The notes: generated by a model not told the origin, from the letters alone. Shown: positions 38,566 through 49,951, counted from the first letter of the stretch. The stretch: 64,000 bases of DNA from Rhizobium sp. Q54 (GCA_945882615.1 CAMCWK010000012.1:6399-70398); one strand, 5' to 3'. Program-made: numbers and translations.

Positions 38566-40623
38566 TTACCGCATACTCGCTTCGATATTGCCGCCGTCCA
38601 CCGTGACAACCGCCGCCGTCGTCTTGGACGCGGTGGCGAGATACACGAACGCGTCGGCTACGTCTTCCGCTGTCACTTCGCGCTTGAGCAGGTTGCCGCT
38701 CATATAGTCAACTTCCGAGACGCCGCGCGCCTTGGAACGGGCCGCGACCATCTCGTCGGTCAGAAGGCCCGAGCGGATACGGTCGGCATTGACCGCATTG
38801 GCGCGGATGCCATCCTTGCCGTGGTCCAGCGCATACTGCTTGACCAGAAACAGGGTCGCGGCCTTGGGCAGACCATACGGCCCGAAATCCTTGCCCGGAT
38901 TGACCGCCTGTTTCGAGGTGTTGAACAGCAACACGCCATAGGTGCCCTGGGCCAGCATGATGCGGGTGGCGTGCTGCGCCACCGCCTGGTGGGCCCAGAA
39001 GTTCAGTTCGAAGCTCTTGCGCAGGGTCTCATCGTCCACCTTGCCGATGGTGCCCTGCCAGGCCGCGCCGGCATTGGACACCACGATGTCCACGCCGCCA
39101 AAGGTGGACACCACCTTGTCGAAGGCCGCGCGCACGCTCATGGGATCGGTGACGTCGCATTCCACGGCCAGCGCCTTGCCGCCGATCTTCCTGGCGGCGG
39201 CTTTCGCGGCTTCCAGGTCGCGGTCCAGGATGGCGACTTCGGCGCCCTCCTTGGCCATCGCCTTGGCGGTGGCCGCGCCGATACCCGACGCGCCGCCGGT
39301 GATCACCGCCACCTGGCGGGCCAGCGACTTTTCGTTCGACTTGCCCAGCTTGGCCTGTTCCAGCGACCAGTATTCGACCTCGAACATGTCGAATTCGCTG
39401 ATGCTGCGATATTCGCCCATGGCTTCGGCGTCGGTGATGACAGCGACCGCATTCTCGGCGATGTCGGCGGCGATGGCGGCATCCTTGGCGGTGGCGCCGA
39501 TGCCGAACATGCCCATACCCGGCACCAGGATGACGCGCGGCAGCGGGTCGAGCTCGGTCTTCTTCACCGGGCTCTTGGCGTTGTTGACCTCGAAATACTT
39601 GTGATAGCGGGCCACAAAAGCATCGACCGCCGCATGGACGTCCTTGGCCCATTCCTCCAGCTTGCCGGCTTCCGGCGCCGGCACGACCATCGGCCAGTTT
39701 TTGGTGCGGATGGTGTGGTCCGGCGTCACCACGCCGACCTGGCTGTAGCGCGCCAGTTCGGCGCCGTTCACATAGGCCAGGATCTGCGGATTGGTGCGGA
39801 AATCCAGGATCTGGCGCTTGGCGGTGCCAGCCAGCGGATTTTTCTCGATCGCCACCGCGCCGCGCAGGATGGGCGCGATTTCCGGCAGGGTCGCGAGATT
39901 CGACGGCAGCTTGGCCGCGACCGCGGTCTTGCGCTGCAGCTTTAAGCGCTCTTCCGCCATGGTGACGAATTCGATCATGCGGCTGTAGGCCTGCTCGGCC
40001 GTATCGCCCATGGTGAAGATGCCATGCTGCAGCAGGATCAGGCCTTCCGCCTTGGGATGCTTGTCGAACACCTCGGCGACGGCCTTGGCCAGCGCGAAGC
40101 CGGGAATGGTGTAGGGCACATAGGCCACGCGGTCGCCATAGACTTCCTCAACCAGCGCCTTGTTGTCGGGCTGGTCGGTCAGCGCCAGCACGGCGGTGGA
40201 ATGGACATGGTCGATGAATTTGTGCGGCAGGAAGGCGTGCAGCAGGGTTTCGACCGACGGATTGGGCGAGGTGGAATCCAACAGGTTGATGCGCTGGAAG
40301 TTGACCATGTCCTCGTCGGACAGTCTGTCCAGCTTGCGCAGCTTGCGTAAGGGTTCCAGCCGCACGGCGGGAAGGCCCGCCGGTTCGATCACGCCCATGT
40401 CCCAGCCCGAACCCTTGATGCAGATCACATCCACATCCTCGCCAAGCTGGTCCTTGACCGTGGTCTTGACCGAGGTGTTGCCGCCGCCATGCAGCACCAT
40501 CTTCGGATCGCTGCCGAGCAGGCGCGTGGTGTAGGTGCGCACCGCCAGGTCGGCATTGACGCCCTTGGGGGCGTATTTGGCGATGAAATCCTGCGCGTCC
40601 TTGTCCGACCAGCTCGACTTCAT
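38566..40623 (-). CDS. Bifunctional class II aldolase/adducin-domain + short-chain dehydrogenase fusion (YuxG/RhaEW-like)
   Basis: N-terminal half has HGGGNTS, PSVETLLHA, HVHS and LLQHGIFTMG. C-terminal half has VITGGASGIGAA, NAGA and YGLPKAA (SDR). Confidence 0.9.
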   Translation of the reverse strand: MKSSWSDKDAQDFIAKYAPKGVNADLAVRTYTTRLLGSDPKMVLHGGGNTSVKTTVKDQLGEDVDVICIKGSGWDMGVIEPAGLPAVRLEPLRKLRKLDRLSDEDMVNFQRINLLDSTSPNPSVETLLHAFLPHKFIDHVHSTAVLALTDQPDNKALVEEVYGDRVAYVPYTIPGFALAKAVAEVFDKHPKAEGLILLQHGIFTMGDTAEQAYSRMIEFVTMAEERLKLQRKTAVAAKLPSNLATLPEIAPILRGAVAIEKNPLAGTAKRQILDFRTNPQILAYVNGAELARYSQVGVVTPDHTIRTKNWPMVVPAPEAGKLEEWAKDVHAAVDAFVARYHKYFEVNNAKSPVKKTELDPLPRVILVPGMGMFGIGATAKDAAIAADIAENAVAVITDAEAMGEYRSISEFDMFEVEYWSLEQAKLGKSNEKSLARQVAVITGGASGIGAATAKAMAKEGAEVAILDRDLEAAKAAARKIGGKALAVECDVTDPMSVRAAFDKVVSTFGGVDIVVSNAGAAWQGTIGKVDDETLRKSFELNFWAHQAVAQHATRIMLAQGTYGVLLFNTSKQAVNPGKDFGPYGLPKAATLFLVKQYALDHGKDGIRANAVNADRIRSGLLTDEMVAARSKARGVSEVDYMSGNLLKREVTAEDVADAFVYLATASKTTAAVVTVDGGNIEASMR

Positions 40624-40630
40624 GGAACTT

Positions 40631-41719
40631 CTATCCTGCGTTTTCGGGAAACAGGCTGCGTAAGCCCTCGGGTGTGGCGGCGCAAGTGCCGCGTTCGGTG
40701 ATCAGGCCGGTGACAAGCCGCGCCGGCGTGACGTCGAAACCGGGATTGGCGGCGCCGCTGCCGGGGGCGGCGATTTCCACTGTGGCGATGGTGCCATCGG
40801 CCATGCGGCCGGTCATTTTCAGAATTTCGTCGGCACTGCGTTCCTCGATCGGAATATCGCGCCCCTCGGCGATGGTCCAGTCGATGGTCGAGCTGGGCAG
40901 CGCCACATAGAAGGGTACGCCATTGTCCTTGGCCGCCAGCGCCTTGAGATAGGTGCCGATCTTGTTGGCGACATCGCCATTGGCGGTGACCCGGTCGGTG
41001 CCGACGATCACCATGTCGACCTCGCCGGCCTGCATGTAATGACCGCCGGCATTGTCGGCCAGGATGGTGTGATCCACGCCATGGCTGCCCAGTTCAAAGG
41101 CGGTGAGCGAAGCGCCCTGGTTGCGCGGGCGGGTTTCATCGACCCAGACATGCAGGTCGATGCCCGCGTCATGCGCCAGATAGATCGGCGCCAGCGCGGT
41201 GCCGTAATCCACCGTCGCCAGCCAGCCGGCATTGCAATGGGTGAGGATGTTGAGCGTCTGGCCTTTTTTCTTGTCGGCCAGCTCGCGAATGATCTTGAGC
41301 CCGTTCTTCCCGATCGCTTCGCTCATCGCCACGTCTTCGTCGGCGATCAGCGCGGCTTCCTGCCAGGCCAGGGCAGCGCGTTTGTCGTGCGGCTGATTGA
41401 GCAGCGCGCCGCGCATGCGCCACAGCGCCCATTTGAGGTTGATGGCGGTGGGCCGGGTTTCAGCCAGCATCTCCACCATCTTCTGGATATTGTCGTCGGA
41501 CGGGTCTTCGCGCACCGCCAGCGCCAGGCCATAGGCGCCCACCGCACCGATCAGCGGCGCGCCGCGCGTCTGCATGCTCTTGATGGCATGGGCCGCGGCT
41601 TCCACATCGCGCAACACCAGCGTGACAAATTCGTGCGGCAGTTTGGTCTGATCGATGATGCCGAAGGCATCTTCGCCGACAGGCCAGACCGAACGGTAAT
41701 GTTTTCCGTTGATTTTCAT
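40631..41719 (-). CDS. mtnA: S-methyl-5-thioribose-1-phosphate isomerase
   Basis: [33 protein letters not shown] and [11 protein letters not shown]. Confidence 0.9.
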   Translation of the reverse strand: MKINGKHYRSVWPVGEDAFGIIDQTKLPHEFVTLVLRDVEAAAHAIKSMQTRGAPLIGAVGAYGLALAVREDPSDDNIQKMVEMLAETRPTAINLKWALWRMRGALLNQPHDKRAALAWQEAALIADEDVAMSEAIGKNGLKIIRELADKKKGQTLNILTHCNAGWLATVDYGTALAPIYLAHDAGIDLHVWVDETRPRNQGASLTAFELGSHGVDHTILADNAGGHYMQAGEVDMVIVGTDRVTANGDVANKIGTYLKALAAKDNGVPFYVALPSSTIDWTIAEGRDIPIEERSADEILKMTGRMADGTIATVEIAAPGSGAANPGFDVTPARLVTGLITERGTCAATPEGLRSLFPENAG

Positions 41720-41732
41720 GCCCGCTTCAACC

Positions 41733-42329
41733 TCAAGGAGCCGCCGGCGCCGTGGCCTTCATCGAAGGGTACTCGCAGAATTTCGCGTACCAGCCCGCTA
41801 ATGTGGGGCGGGAACTCTTCCAATCAAGATCGGGCATGCGAAAATCGAGATAACCCAGGGCGCAGGCCACCGAGATTTCGCCGATGGTGGGATCGTCGGC
41901 GAACTTGGCGCGCGCCAGCACGTCCAGGCTGGCCGTCACCGCCGCCATGTGCCGGGTGCGCATGGTTTCATTGACCGGCTGCTGGCGGCCTTCGATCATC
42001 CAGGCGACCGCCGCGTCGGCGAGCCCATCGCCCAGCGCCTGCAGCCCCAGCGTCTTCCAGCGCCGCGCATCTTCTTTCCAGATACTGTCATTGGGGAAAA
42101 ACTTTCCGCCGCCGGCATGGTTGAGATATTCGCAGATCACCGGTGAGTCGATCAGGATCGAGCCGTCATCCAGCACCAGCGCCGGAATCTTGCCCAGCGG
42201 GTTGATGCGGCGGAACTCCGGCTCCTGCATCGGCAGGGTGCGGATCTCTTCCAGCGTCAGCTTGAGCTCATGCGCGATGATCCGGCATTTGCGTGCAAAG
42301 GGGGACGCGGCGTTGGTGTAGAGCTTCAA
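41733..42329 (-). CDS. Glutathione S-transferase family protein
   Basis: [17 protein letters not shown] (thioredoxin-like N-domain), [11 protein letters not shown] and an alpha-helical C-domain. Confidence 0.8.
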   Translation of the reverse strand: MKLYTNAASPFARKCRIIAHELKLTLEEIRTLPMQEPEFRRINPLGKIPALVLDDGSILIDSPVICEYLNHAGGGKFFPNDSIWKEDARRWKTLGLQALGDGLADAAVAWMIEGRQQPVNETMRTRHMAAVTASLDVLARAKFADDPTIGEISVACALGYLDFRMPDLDWKSSRPTLAGWYAKFCEYPSMKATAPAAP

Positions 42330-42333
42330 CGCC

Positions 42334-42861
42334 TCAGTGCCCTTCGAAAGCCACCAGCGCCGTTACCGGCTTGCCGATGGCGCGCAGCTTGTCGGCACCG
42401 CCCAGCTCGGGCAGATCAATGACAAAGGAACAGCCGATGATATTGGCGCCGGCCCGCTCCAAAAGACGGATGCCGGCAAAGGCGGTGCCGCCGGTGGCGA
42501 TCAAATCGTCCACCAGCAGGATGCGTTCACCCTTTTCCAGCGCATCGACATGAATCTCGACCCGGTCCTTGCCATATTCCAGGTCGTAATCCTCGCCGAT
42601 CACAGTATGGGGCAGCTTGCCCTTCTTGCGCACCGGGATGAAACCCACTGAAAGCTGGTGCGCCACCGCGCCGCCCAGGATGAAGCCGCGCGCTTCCATG
42701 CCGGCGACCTTGTCGATCTTCATGCCGGCATAGGGCTGCACCATCTCGTCGACCGCGGCGCGGAAGGCGCGCGGATTGCCCAGCAGGGTGGTGATGTCGC
42801 GGAACATGATCCCCGGCTTGGGATAATCGGGAATGGTGCGGATGGCGGCTTTGTAGTCCAT
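42334..42861 (-). CDS. apt: Adenine phosphoribosyltransferase
   Basis: [18 protein letters not shown] and the PRPP motif [13 protein letters not shown]. Confidence 0.92.
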   Translation of the reverse strand: MDYKAAIRTIPDYPKPGIMFRDITTLLGNPRAFRAAVDEMVQPYAGMKIDKVAGMEARGFILGGAVAHQLSVGFIPVRKKGKLPHTVIGEDYDLEYGKDRVEIHVDALEKGERILLVDDLIATGGTAFAGIRLLERAGANIIGCSFVIDLPELGGADKLRAIGKPVTALVAFEGH

Positions 42862-42865
42862 ATCT

Positions 42866-43750
42866 TTAAACCTTCTTCAGCACGCGGCCGGCCACCGCAT
42901 CGAGTTTCGCCGCAAGCGCGGGATCGCGCTTGTCGGGCGCGGTGATCAGCGCGAAATCCAGCACCGTTTCGGGCCGATCCGGACAGGTTGAAGGCTCGCG
43001 CTGCGGCCCGAGCTTGGGGGCCACGGCCATGATCAGCTTCCTGGCATTGGCGGCGTTCTGGTGCATCACCTTGATCACCGCTTCGACCGTCACATGCTCG
43101 TGATCGTCGTGCCAGCAGTCGTAATCGGTGACCATGGCGACGATGGCGTAGGGCAGCTCGGCCTCACGCGCCAGCTTGGCTTCCGGCATCGCCGTCATGC
43201 CGATCACGCTGCAATCCCAGCTGCGATAGAGGAAGCTTTCGGCGCGGGTGGAGAATTGCGGCCCTTCCATGCAGATATAGGTGCCACCTTCGCTGTGATC
43301 GATCTTCTCTTCGCGGGCTGCCAGGGTCAGTGCGCCGGAGAGGCGCGGGCAGACCGGATGGGCCATCGGGACATGGGCGACGAAGCCGGTGCCGAAGAAG
43401 CTCTTCTCGCGCGCAAAGGTGCGGTCGATGAACTGGTCGGCCATCACAAAGGTGCCGGGCGGCAGTTCCTCTTTCAGCGAGCCGCAGGCCGAAACCGAGA
43501 TCACATCGGTGACCCCGATGCGCTTCAGGGCGTCGATATTGGCGCGGTAGTTGATCGAAGAGGGCGTCTGGATATGACCGCGGCCGTGGCGCGGCAGGAA
43601 CACCAGGTCGACGCCATGAAAGGTGCCGGTCAGAAGCTGGTCGGACGGTTCGCCCCAGGGGCTTTTGACCGTCTGCCACTTGGCGTTTTCCAGGCCGGGA
43701 ATCTCATAGACTCCGGAACCACCGACGATGCCGAGAACGGTTTTGGCCAT
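42866..43750 (-). CDS. mtnP: S-methyl-5'-thioadenosine phosphorylase
   Basis: [25 protein letters not shown] and [14 protein letters not shown]. An alternative ATG at 43765 would overlap the pet terminator hairpin. Confidence 0.88.
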   Translation of the reverse strand: MAKTVLGIVGGSGVYEIPGLENAKWQTVKSPWGEPSDQLLTGTFHGVDLVFLPRHGRGHIQTPSSINYRANIDALKRIGVTDVISVSACGSLKEELPPGTFVMADQFIDRTFAREKSFFGTGFVAHVPMAHPVCPRLSGALTLAAREEKIDHSEGGTYICMEGPQFSTRAESFLYRSWDCSVIGMTAMPEAKLAREAELPYAIVAMVTDYDCWHDDHEHVTVEAVIKVMHQNAANARKLIMAVAPKLGPQREPSTCPDRPETVLDFALITAPDKRDPALAAKLDAVAGRVLKKV

Positions 43751-43751
43751 G

Positions 43752-43786
43752 AAAAAGGGCGCCATCCTTGAAGACGGCGCCCTTTT
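43752..43786 (-). terminator. Intrinsic terminator of the petABC operon
   Basis: On the minus strand, AAGGGCGCC-(12 nt)-GGCGCCCTT followed by TTTTT. It directly abuts the mtnP start. Confidence 0.65.
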
Positions 43787-43883
43787 AACATTTATGACCT
43801 GAGGGGCAATGCCTCGGTTCCATGACGTCTTTCAATGGTCGCACGGACGAGGCCGTCCCTGCGGGACGGTTCGCCGCTGCTCC

Positions 43884-44723
43884 CTAGTGAGCGTCTTTCC
43901 AGACCTTGCGGTAAGCCGCGAACAACAGGCCCGCCAGGGTCACCAGGAAGATCAGCACGCCAAAACCCATGCGCTTGCGGTCTTCCATCTTGGGCTCGGC
44001 GGTCCAGGCCAGGAAGGTCACCACGTCATGGGCCTGCTGCGCGACGGTTGCCTTGGTGCCGTCGGAATAGGTCACGCCATTCTCGTTCAAGGGCTTGGGC
44101 ATACCGATCGCCCAGCCTTCGAAATAGGGATTGTAGTTCTTGCCGGCAGGCACATGGAAGCTGGCCGGCGCCTTTTCGTCATAGCCGGTGAGCAGCGAAT
44201 AGACGTAGCGGACACCGTCTTCGCGCGCCTTGGCCATCAGCGACAGATCGGGCGGCAGCGAGCCGCCATTGTTGGCGCGGGCGGCGTTCTCGTTCGGGTA
44301 CGGCGCCGGAAGCTTGTCCGACAGCACCGCCGGACGCGTCAGGGGCACCCCCTTTTCGTCGACGGTTTCGCCCTGCTCATTGGGCTCGGCCGGAACCCGC
44401 ACCGCAGCCGCCAAAGCGCGGGCCTGGGCTTCGCTGAACTCCGGGCCGCCCTTGTCCGCCAGATTGCGGAAGGCGATGTATTGCAGGCTGTGGCAGGCGG
44501 CGCAGACTTCCTTATAGACCTGATAGCCGCGCTGCAGGGCGCCGCGGTCATAGGTGCCGAACGGGCCTTCGAACTCGAACTCCACCTCTTTGGGATGGTG
44601 GCGGGCGGTGGCGCTGTCGGCCGCGAGCGCGCTACCCGACATCAGAAGGCCCACACCCAGAGAGAGACCCAGACCGAGCGCCAGGTTACGCGAGAGATTG
44701 ATCAGACGCATGGTGGTTCTCAT
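43884..44723 (-). CDS. petC: Cytochrome c1
   Basis: ATGA overlap with the petB stop. Signal peptide, heme motif CAACHS and a C-terminal TM anchor. Confidence 0.9.
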   Translation of the reverse strand: MRTTMRLINLSRNLALGLGLSLGVGLLMSGSALAADSATARHHPKEVEFEFEGPFGTYDRGALQRGYQVYKEVCAACHSLQYIAFRNLADKGGPEFSEAQARALAAAVRVPAEPNEQGETVDEKGVPLTRPAVLSDKLPAPYPNENAARANNGGSLPPDLSLMAKAREDGVRYVYSLLTGYDEKAPASFHVPAGKNYNPYFEGWAIGMPKPLNENGVTYSDGTKATVAQQAHDVVTFLAWTAEPKMEDRKRMGFGVLIFLVTLAGLLFAAYRKVWKDAH

Positions 44724-45976
44724 TCGGCAGGTTTGGCGGCGGAATCGCCGAGCACGGATTGCGCGATCGATGCGGGCAGCTTCTTGGGCGTTTCGATCAG
44801 TCCGACGATCGGCATGATCAGCCAGAAGTAGGCGAAGTAGTACAGGGTGGCGATACGGGCGACCCAGACCAGCGGAATGCCGAAGGCCGTAGCCTCCACG
44901 CTCTGCGCGCCGCAGTAACCCAGGATCACGCAGACCACCGTAAAAGCCCAGAAGAACTGCTTCATCAGCGGGCGGAAGCGGCAGGAGCGCACCCGGCTGG
45001 TGTCCAGCCAGGGGATGAACACCAGGGTGAGAATGGCGCCGGCCATCACGATCACGCCCAAGAGCTTGTCCGGCACCGAACGCAGCATGGCGTAGAAGGG
45101 CAGCAGATACCATTCCGGCACGATCTCCGGCGGCGTCACCAGCGGATTGGCCGGCTGGTAATTGTCCGGATTGCCGAAGAAGTCCGGCTCGTAGAACACA
45201 AAGCCCGCGAACAGGATCACGAAGCACACCAGATAGAAGGCGTCCTTCACCGTGTAATAGGGGTGGAAGGGCAAGGTGTCCTGCGGGCTCTTCACATCGA
45301 TGCCCAAGGGGTTGTTGTTGCCCGGCACATGCAGCGCCCAGATATGCAGGCCGACCACGCCGGCGATGATGAAGGGCAGCAGATAGTGCAGCGAGAAGAA
45401 GCGGTTCAGGGTGGCATCACCCACCGCGAAGTCGCCCCACAGCCAGGTGGCGATGGCCTGGCCCACAACCGGGACCGCGCTGAACATGTTGGTGATGACC
45501 GTGGCGCCCCAGAAGGACATCTGGCCCCAAGGCAGCACGTAGCCGAAGAAGGCGGTGGCGGTCATCAGCAGATAGATCAGGACGCCGATGATCCAGATCA
45601 GCTCGCGCGGCGCCTTGTAGGAACCGTAATAGAGGCCGCGGAACATGTGGATATAGACGGCGAGGAAGAACATGGACGCGCCGTTGGCGTGCACATAGCG
45701 AATCAGCCAGCCGTAATTGACGTCGCGCATGATGGCTTCAACCGAGCCAAAGGCCAGGTTCGCGCTGGCGACATAATGCATCGCCAGCACAATGCCGGTG
45801 ACGATCTGGACCGCCAGGCAGAAGGTGAGGATGCCGCCGAAGGTGTACCAGATGTTCAGGTTACGCGGCGTCGGGAAGGTGCTCATCGTATCGTGCATCA
45901 GACGCGGCAGCGGCAGGCGCGAATCGATCCACTTCTCGATTCCGGATTTGGGATTGTAGGTCGAAGGGCCAGACAT
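44720..45976 (-). CDS. petB: Cytochrome b
   Basis: ATG 45976 with GAGGAG upstream. The eight-TM cytochrome b pattern (WNFGS-like WYTFGG, heme His pairs, [10 protein letters not shown]). Confidence 0.95.
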   Translation of the reverse strand: MSGPSTYNPKSGIEKWIDSRLPLPRLMHDTMSTFPTPRNLNIWYTFGGILTFCLAVQIVTGIVLAMHYVASANLAFGSVEAIMRDVNYGWLIRYVHANGASMFFLAVYIHMFRGLYYGSYKAPRELIWIIGVLIYLLMTATAFFGYVLPWGQMSFWGATVITNMFSAVPVVGQAIATWLWGDFAVGDATLNRFFSLHYLLPFIIAGVVGLHIWALHVPGNNNPLGIDVKSPQDTLPFHPYYTVKDAFYLVCFVILFAGFVFYEPDFFGNPDNYQPANPLVTPPEIVPEWYLLPFYAMLRSVPDKLLGVIVMAGAILTLVFIPWLDTSRVRSCRFRPLMKQFFWAFTVVCVILGYCGAQSVEATAFGIPLVWVARIATLYYFAYFWLIMPIVGLIETPKKLPASIAQSVLGDSAAKPAE

Positions 45977-45987
45977 TTTTATTCTCC

Positions 45988-46566
45988 TCAACCGACCTTG
46001 ATACGGGTGTCAGACATGAACGTGTAGGCCGGTACCGCCAGATTGGTCGGGGCCGGACCTTTGCGGATGCGGCCCGCTGTGTCGTAGGCCGAACCGTGGC
46101 AATGACAGAGCCATCCGCCATACTCGCCTTGCGGCTGCTGGGGCGTCGAAACGGCGGGAGTGCAGCCCAGATGGGTGCACACGCCGATCAGCACCAGCCA
46201 TTCCGGCCGCGCGGCGCGGCTGGCGTCGGTGGCCGGGGCGTTGTCCGGCAGGGCGGCGTTGCGCGCCAGGGGATCGGGCAGCGAATTCACGTCCACCGCC
46301 CGGGCCGATTCGATTTCGGCCGGGGTGCGGCGGCGCACGAACAGCGGCAGGCCGCGATGCTTGAAGACGATCTGCTGGCCGGGCTGGATAGAGGCGATGT
46401 CGATCTCCGACGTGCCCAGCGCCAGCGCGGCGGCCGACGGGTTCATCTGATCGATCAGCGGCCAGGCCACTGCGGCGACGCCGACAGCGCCCATCGCGCC
46501 CGACGCCACATAGAGAAAATCGCGTCGCGTGCCCGCGTCACCTGTCGTACCTGCCACTGGCTTCAC
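45988..46566 (-). CDS. petA: Ubiquinol-cytochrome c reductase Rieske iron-sulfur subunit
   Basis: Tat-like TRRDFLY, CTHLGC and CHCHGS. The start is uncertain (GTG 46566 or TTG 46611). Confidence 0.88.
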   Translation of the reverse strand: MKPVAGTTGDAGTRRDFLYVASGAMGAVGVAAVAWPLIDQMNPSAAALALGTSEIDIASIQPGQQIVFKHRGLPLFVRRRTPAEIESARAVDVNSLPDPLARNAALPDNAPATDASRAARPEWLVLIGVCTHLGCTPAVSTPQQPQGEYGGWLCHCHGSAYDTAGRIRKGPAPTNLAVPAYTFMSDTRIKVG

Positions 46567-46791
46567 CCTTGAAAAACTTTGGCGGAAGAAAACGCCGAAC
46601 TCTTGCCACAAACAAGCGCCGGTACGGTAATGACGGGGTGACGCGGCCTGAGCCCGTGCCTCCCCCCGGCGGCTTGTTCATTTGGCCGGTAAAATAGAGA
46701 GTCGATTTTCGAGGGTCTTGCGGCACGATGACGCAGAAAATGCCTTGTCCTGCCGCGACTTAATCGTGAGAGACCCCAAAAATGGAGGTTT

Positions 46792-47259
46792 GTGGTGCGG
46801 CTGGCCCTGTATGAGCCCGATATCCCCCAAAACGCGGGTGCCCTGATCCGGCTGGGAGCCTGCCTGGGGGTGGGGATCGACCTGATCGAACCCTGTGGGT
46901 TTTTGCTGTCCGACCGGGGATTGAAGCGGGCCGGGATGGATTATCTCAAAAACGCCGACATTTGCCGCCATGAATCCTGGGCGCGGTTCCGGGATGGACT
47001 GGCGCGGGAGCAGCGGTTGGTGCTTCTGACCACGCGGGGAGACATGGCCTATACCGATTTTGTCTTTGCTCCTGGCGATTCGCTGATGGTGGGCCGGGAG
47101 AGCGCTGGCGTGCCCGACGAAGTTCACGACCGGGCTGACGCACGGCTGTCGATTCCGCTGCTTTCGGGCATGCGGTCCTTGAATGTGGCACAGGCTGCCG
47201 CGATGGTATTGGGGGAAGCGCTGCGCCAGACCGGCCTCTTCCCCAAAAAGGAGCAATAA
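46792..47259 (+). CDS. trmL: tRNA (cytidine/uridine-2'-O)-methyltransferase TrmL (SpoU family)
   Basis: GTG start with GGAGG upstream. LYEPDIPQNAGALIR, GRESAGVP and SLNVAQAAAM. Confidence 0.85.
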   Translation: MVRLALYEPDIPQNAGALIRLGACLGVGIDLIEPCGFLLSDRGLKRAGMDYLKNADICRHESWARFRDGLAREQRLVLLTTRGDMAYTDFVFAPGDSLMVGRESAGVPDEVHDRADARLSIPLLSGMRSLNVAQAAAMVLGEALRQTGLFPKKEQ

Positions 47260-47862
47260 GTGGAACTGACACTATTCCAGGAGGGCGGTCTCTGGGCGCT
47301 CGGCCAGGTGCTGATGATCGACATCGTGCTGGCGGGCGACAACGCGATCGTGATCGGCCTGGCCGCCGCCCGCGTGCCGCTGGAAATGCGCAAGAAGGTC
47401 ATCCTCTGGGGCCTGATCGCCGCTGTTCTGATGCGTATCGCCATGGCCGCCGTCGCGGTGCAGCTGCTGGCCATCATCGGGCTTATGCTGGCGGGTGGCA
47501 TCCTGCTTCTTTGGGTTTGCTGGCGCATGTGGCGCGACCTGGCCGGCGACAAGCATCACATCGCCCCCGAAATCGAGACCGGCGCATCGGTCAAGAAAGC
47601 CATCACCCAGATCCTGATCGCCGACGTTTCCATGTCGCTGGACAATGTTCTGGCGGTGGCCGGCGCGGCGCGCGACCATCTCGACGTGCTGATCATCGGC
47701 CTGTTGATGTCGGTGGCGCTGATGGGCGCGGCGGCGGGCTACATCGCCAAACTTTTGGAACGCTATCGCTGGATCGCCTATATCGGCCTGGCGATCGTGG
47801 TCTATGTCGCGCTGTCCATGATCTGGCATGGTTATGAAGAGGTCGCCCGGGCGCTGACCTAG
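47260..47862 (+). CDS. TerC/YjbE-family membrane protein
   Basis: IDIVLAGDNAIVIG and SMSLDNVLAV repeat motifs. GTG start with AAGGAG upstream. Confidence 0.85.
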   Translation: MELTLFQEGGLWALGQVLMIDIVLAGDNAIVIGLAAARVPLEMRKKVILWGLIAAVLMRIAMAAVAVQLLAIIGLMLAGGILLLWVCWRMWRDLAGDKHHIAPEIETGASVKKAITQILIADVSMSLDNVLAVAGAARDHLDVLIIGLLMSVALMGAAAGYIAKLLERYRWIAYIGLAIVVYVALSMIWHGYEEVARALT

Positions 47863-47886
47863 GTCAGCGCCCACAGCAACCGCGCC

Positions 47887-48735
47887 TTACGTCAGCTTCA
47901 GCAGCAGCGCGGTAGCATCGTCGGACTTCTTGAATCGCGCGAAGGTGTCGCCGCCGGGGTCGCTTGCCTCGATGGCGCGCAATTCGGCACCCAGCGCTTT
48001 AAGGCCTTTTGACAGTGCTGCCGCCATCAGGCTGTCGGCGCTGTAGGCGCCATAATCGCTGGCCAGCGCCAGGAAACCGTCCGACACCAGCAGCAGCGCA
48101 ACGCCAGGGCCAAGCCGGATCACCCGGCGCGAGACATGCGAGGCCGCCTTCTCTTCCGGGCTGAACAGCCAATAACTGCCGCTGTTGATATGATTGCGGG
48201 CAGTACGCAGGCTGCCGATGAATTCGGGCCGACTGAGGCCGGAAGCAGGCGATAGATTCTTCGCCTTCCCGATCTCTTTCGCTCGTATCGCCTCGGCGGC
48301 GCGCTTGTCGAACGTCTCACCTACCACCGTCACCGCCGCATCGCCGCTGCGGATCAGCGCGGCGCAATCGCCATACCAAAGAAATTCGACGCCCTCTTCG
48401 CCCGGCACCGCCAGCATCATGGAGGCGCAGGGCGTCTGCCAGATTTCCTGCGGCGGCATACGGCGCAGGGCTTCAAAACTTTTCTGCGTATCGGCCAGGG
48501 CTCCGCGCAGCGCCTTGCGTGCGCCATTCCCATCGCGCAGATGCGCCAGCAGCCGCCGCGCCCCGAACTGGGCGATCCAGGCCGCATCGCTGGGACCGGG
48601 CATCAGCCCGTCACCCAGTGGCGTGGCGCCATCCAGCACCACGGCGGCATTCGCATCATGCCCGAAGGCATCTTCATTGGGTTTGGCGGGATCGCCCGGC
48701 AGGGACAGCGAGTCCAGAAGCTCAAGCGCCATCAA
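47887..48735 (-). CDS. PP2C-like (PP2C_2) protein phosphatase-fold protein
   Basis: NEDAFG, VVLDGATP, LLVSDGF and DDATALLLK resemble bacterial PP2C-type metal-ligand motifs. Confidence 0.65.
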   Translation of the reverse strand: MMALELLDSLSLPGDPAKPNEDAFGHDANAAVVLDGATPLGDGLMPGPSDAAWIAQFGARRLLAHLRDGNGARKALRGALADTQKSFEALRRMPPQEIWQTPCASMMLAVPGEEGVEFLWYGDCAALIRSGDAAVTVVGETFDKRAAEAIRAKEIGKAKNLSPASGLSRPEFIGSLRTARNHINSGSYWLFSPEEKAASHVSRRVIRLGPGVALLLVSDGFLALASDYGAYSADSLMAAALSKGLKALGAELRAIEASDPGGDTFARFKKSDDATALLLKLT

Positions 48736-49951
48736 TTGCGGCCCTCAGCCGATCGCGCAATGCGCCTTCGTCGGCGGCGAAATCGCCGCCCACCCACCAG
48801 TCTTCGACCTTGGCAAGCACGCGGCCGACCTCCGGGCCTTCCGGCACGCCGGCCTGAATCACATCCAGGCCGCTCAAGGGGAAGCGCGGTCGCTGCCAGT
48901 TGTCGGCCATGGTCAGCAACATGCGCCACTGGATGGCATTGGCGGTGCGGGGCGCGGCCGCCCAGGCCAGCCAGACCTTGTCGCGAAAGCGCGACACGCC
49001 GATGCGGTACAGCAGCCGCCGCGCATCCCGGGCCGACAGGTGCGCGGGGATGTGTTCGCCGCTCAGCGCCTGTTCCAGCCGCAAGCGGTCTGCGTTGGAA
49101 AGCTTGAGCGCATCGGCGACGGCATGGGCGGCATCTCCGCCTTCGGTCAAAAGCGCCGCCAGCCTGAGCAAACCGTCGCGCGGCGCAAAATTGTCGGCAT
49201 CGATCTCCACCAGCCGTTCCAGCCGTGGCAATTGCAATGCACCGGGGAGCAATTCGGGCAGGATGCCGGTCGCCGCCATCACCCGCAGCACCGGCGTGGG
49301 ATTTCCCGCTTCCAGCAGGCGCAGCAGTTCTTTGGCGATGCGTTCCGCCGACAGCGTCTTCAGCTTGTCCTTGGCTTCGGCGGCGGCACGCAGCCCTTCG
49401 GTATCCACATCGCCCTTGCCGTACCAGGCATGGAAGCGGAACAGCCGCAGCACCCGCAAGTAATCTTCCGCAATGCGCGCGCGCGCATCGCCCATGAAGC
49501 GCACTTTGCCGGCAATCAGATCCTCGACCCCCGTTGCGTAATCGAAAATCTCGCCGCTGGCCGAGGCATAGAGCGCATTGATGGTGAAATCGCGCCGCGC
49601 CGCATCTTCCGCCCAGTCGTCGGTGAAGGCGATCACCGCATGGCGGCCATCGGTCTCGACGTCGCGGCGCAGGGAGGTGATCTCAAATGCCTGGCTTCCG
49701 ACAATGGCGGTGACGGTGCCGTGATCCATGCCGGTTTCGACCACCTTGATGTTCCTGGCCACCAGCCGGGCCAGCACCTCGCTGGGCGGCATGGGAACGG
49801 CGATGTCGATATCGGCTACGCCCACGCCCAGCAGCGCGTTTCGCACGGCACCGCCCACAAAGCGCGCTTCACCCAGCGCGGCCATGACGGCGAGTGTTTC
49901 GGGCGCCGTCATCCAGGGATGCTGGGAGGGATCAATTCTCATGCGATTCAC
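48722..49951 (-). CDS. cca: CCA-adding tRNA nucleotidyltransferase / poly(A) polymerase family protein
   Basis: FVGGAVRNALLG....DIDIA, ETDGRH and RRDFTINA. Confidence 0.85.
   Translation of the reverse strand: MNRMRIDPSQHPWMTAPETLAVMAALGEARFVGGAVRNALLGVGVADIDIAVPMPPSEVLARLVARNIKVVETGMDHGTVTAIVGSQAFEITSLRRDVETDGRHAVIAFTDDWAEDAARRDFTINALYASASGEIFDYATGVEDLIAGKVRFMGDARARIAEDYLRVLRLFRFHAWYGKGDVDTEGLRAAAEAKDKLKTLSAERIAKELLRLLEAGNPTPVLRVMAATGILPELLPGALQLPRLERLVEIDADNFAPRDGLLRLAALLTEGGDAAHAVADALKLSNADRLRLEQALSGEHIPAHLSARDARRLLYRIGVSRFRDKVWLAWAAAPRTANAIQWRMLLTMADNWQRPRFPLSGLDVIQAGVPEGPEVGRVLAKVEDWWVGGDFAADEGALRDRLRAAIDGA

Noticed and set aside
43751-43765. Longer mtnP start at ATG 43765
   Set aside because: The extra five codons (MAPFF) lie inside the pet-operon terminator hairpin. 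[13 protein letters not shown] from 43750 matches the usual MTAP N-terminus. This remains uncertain.
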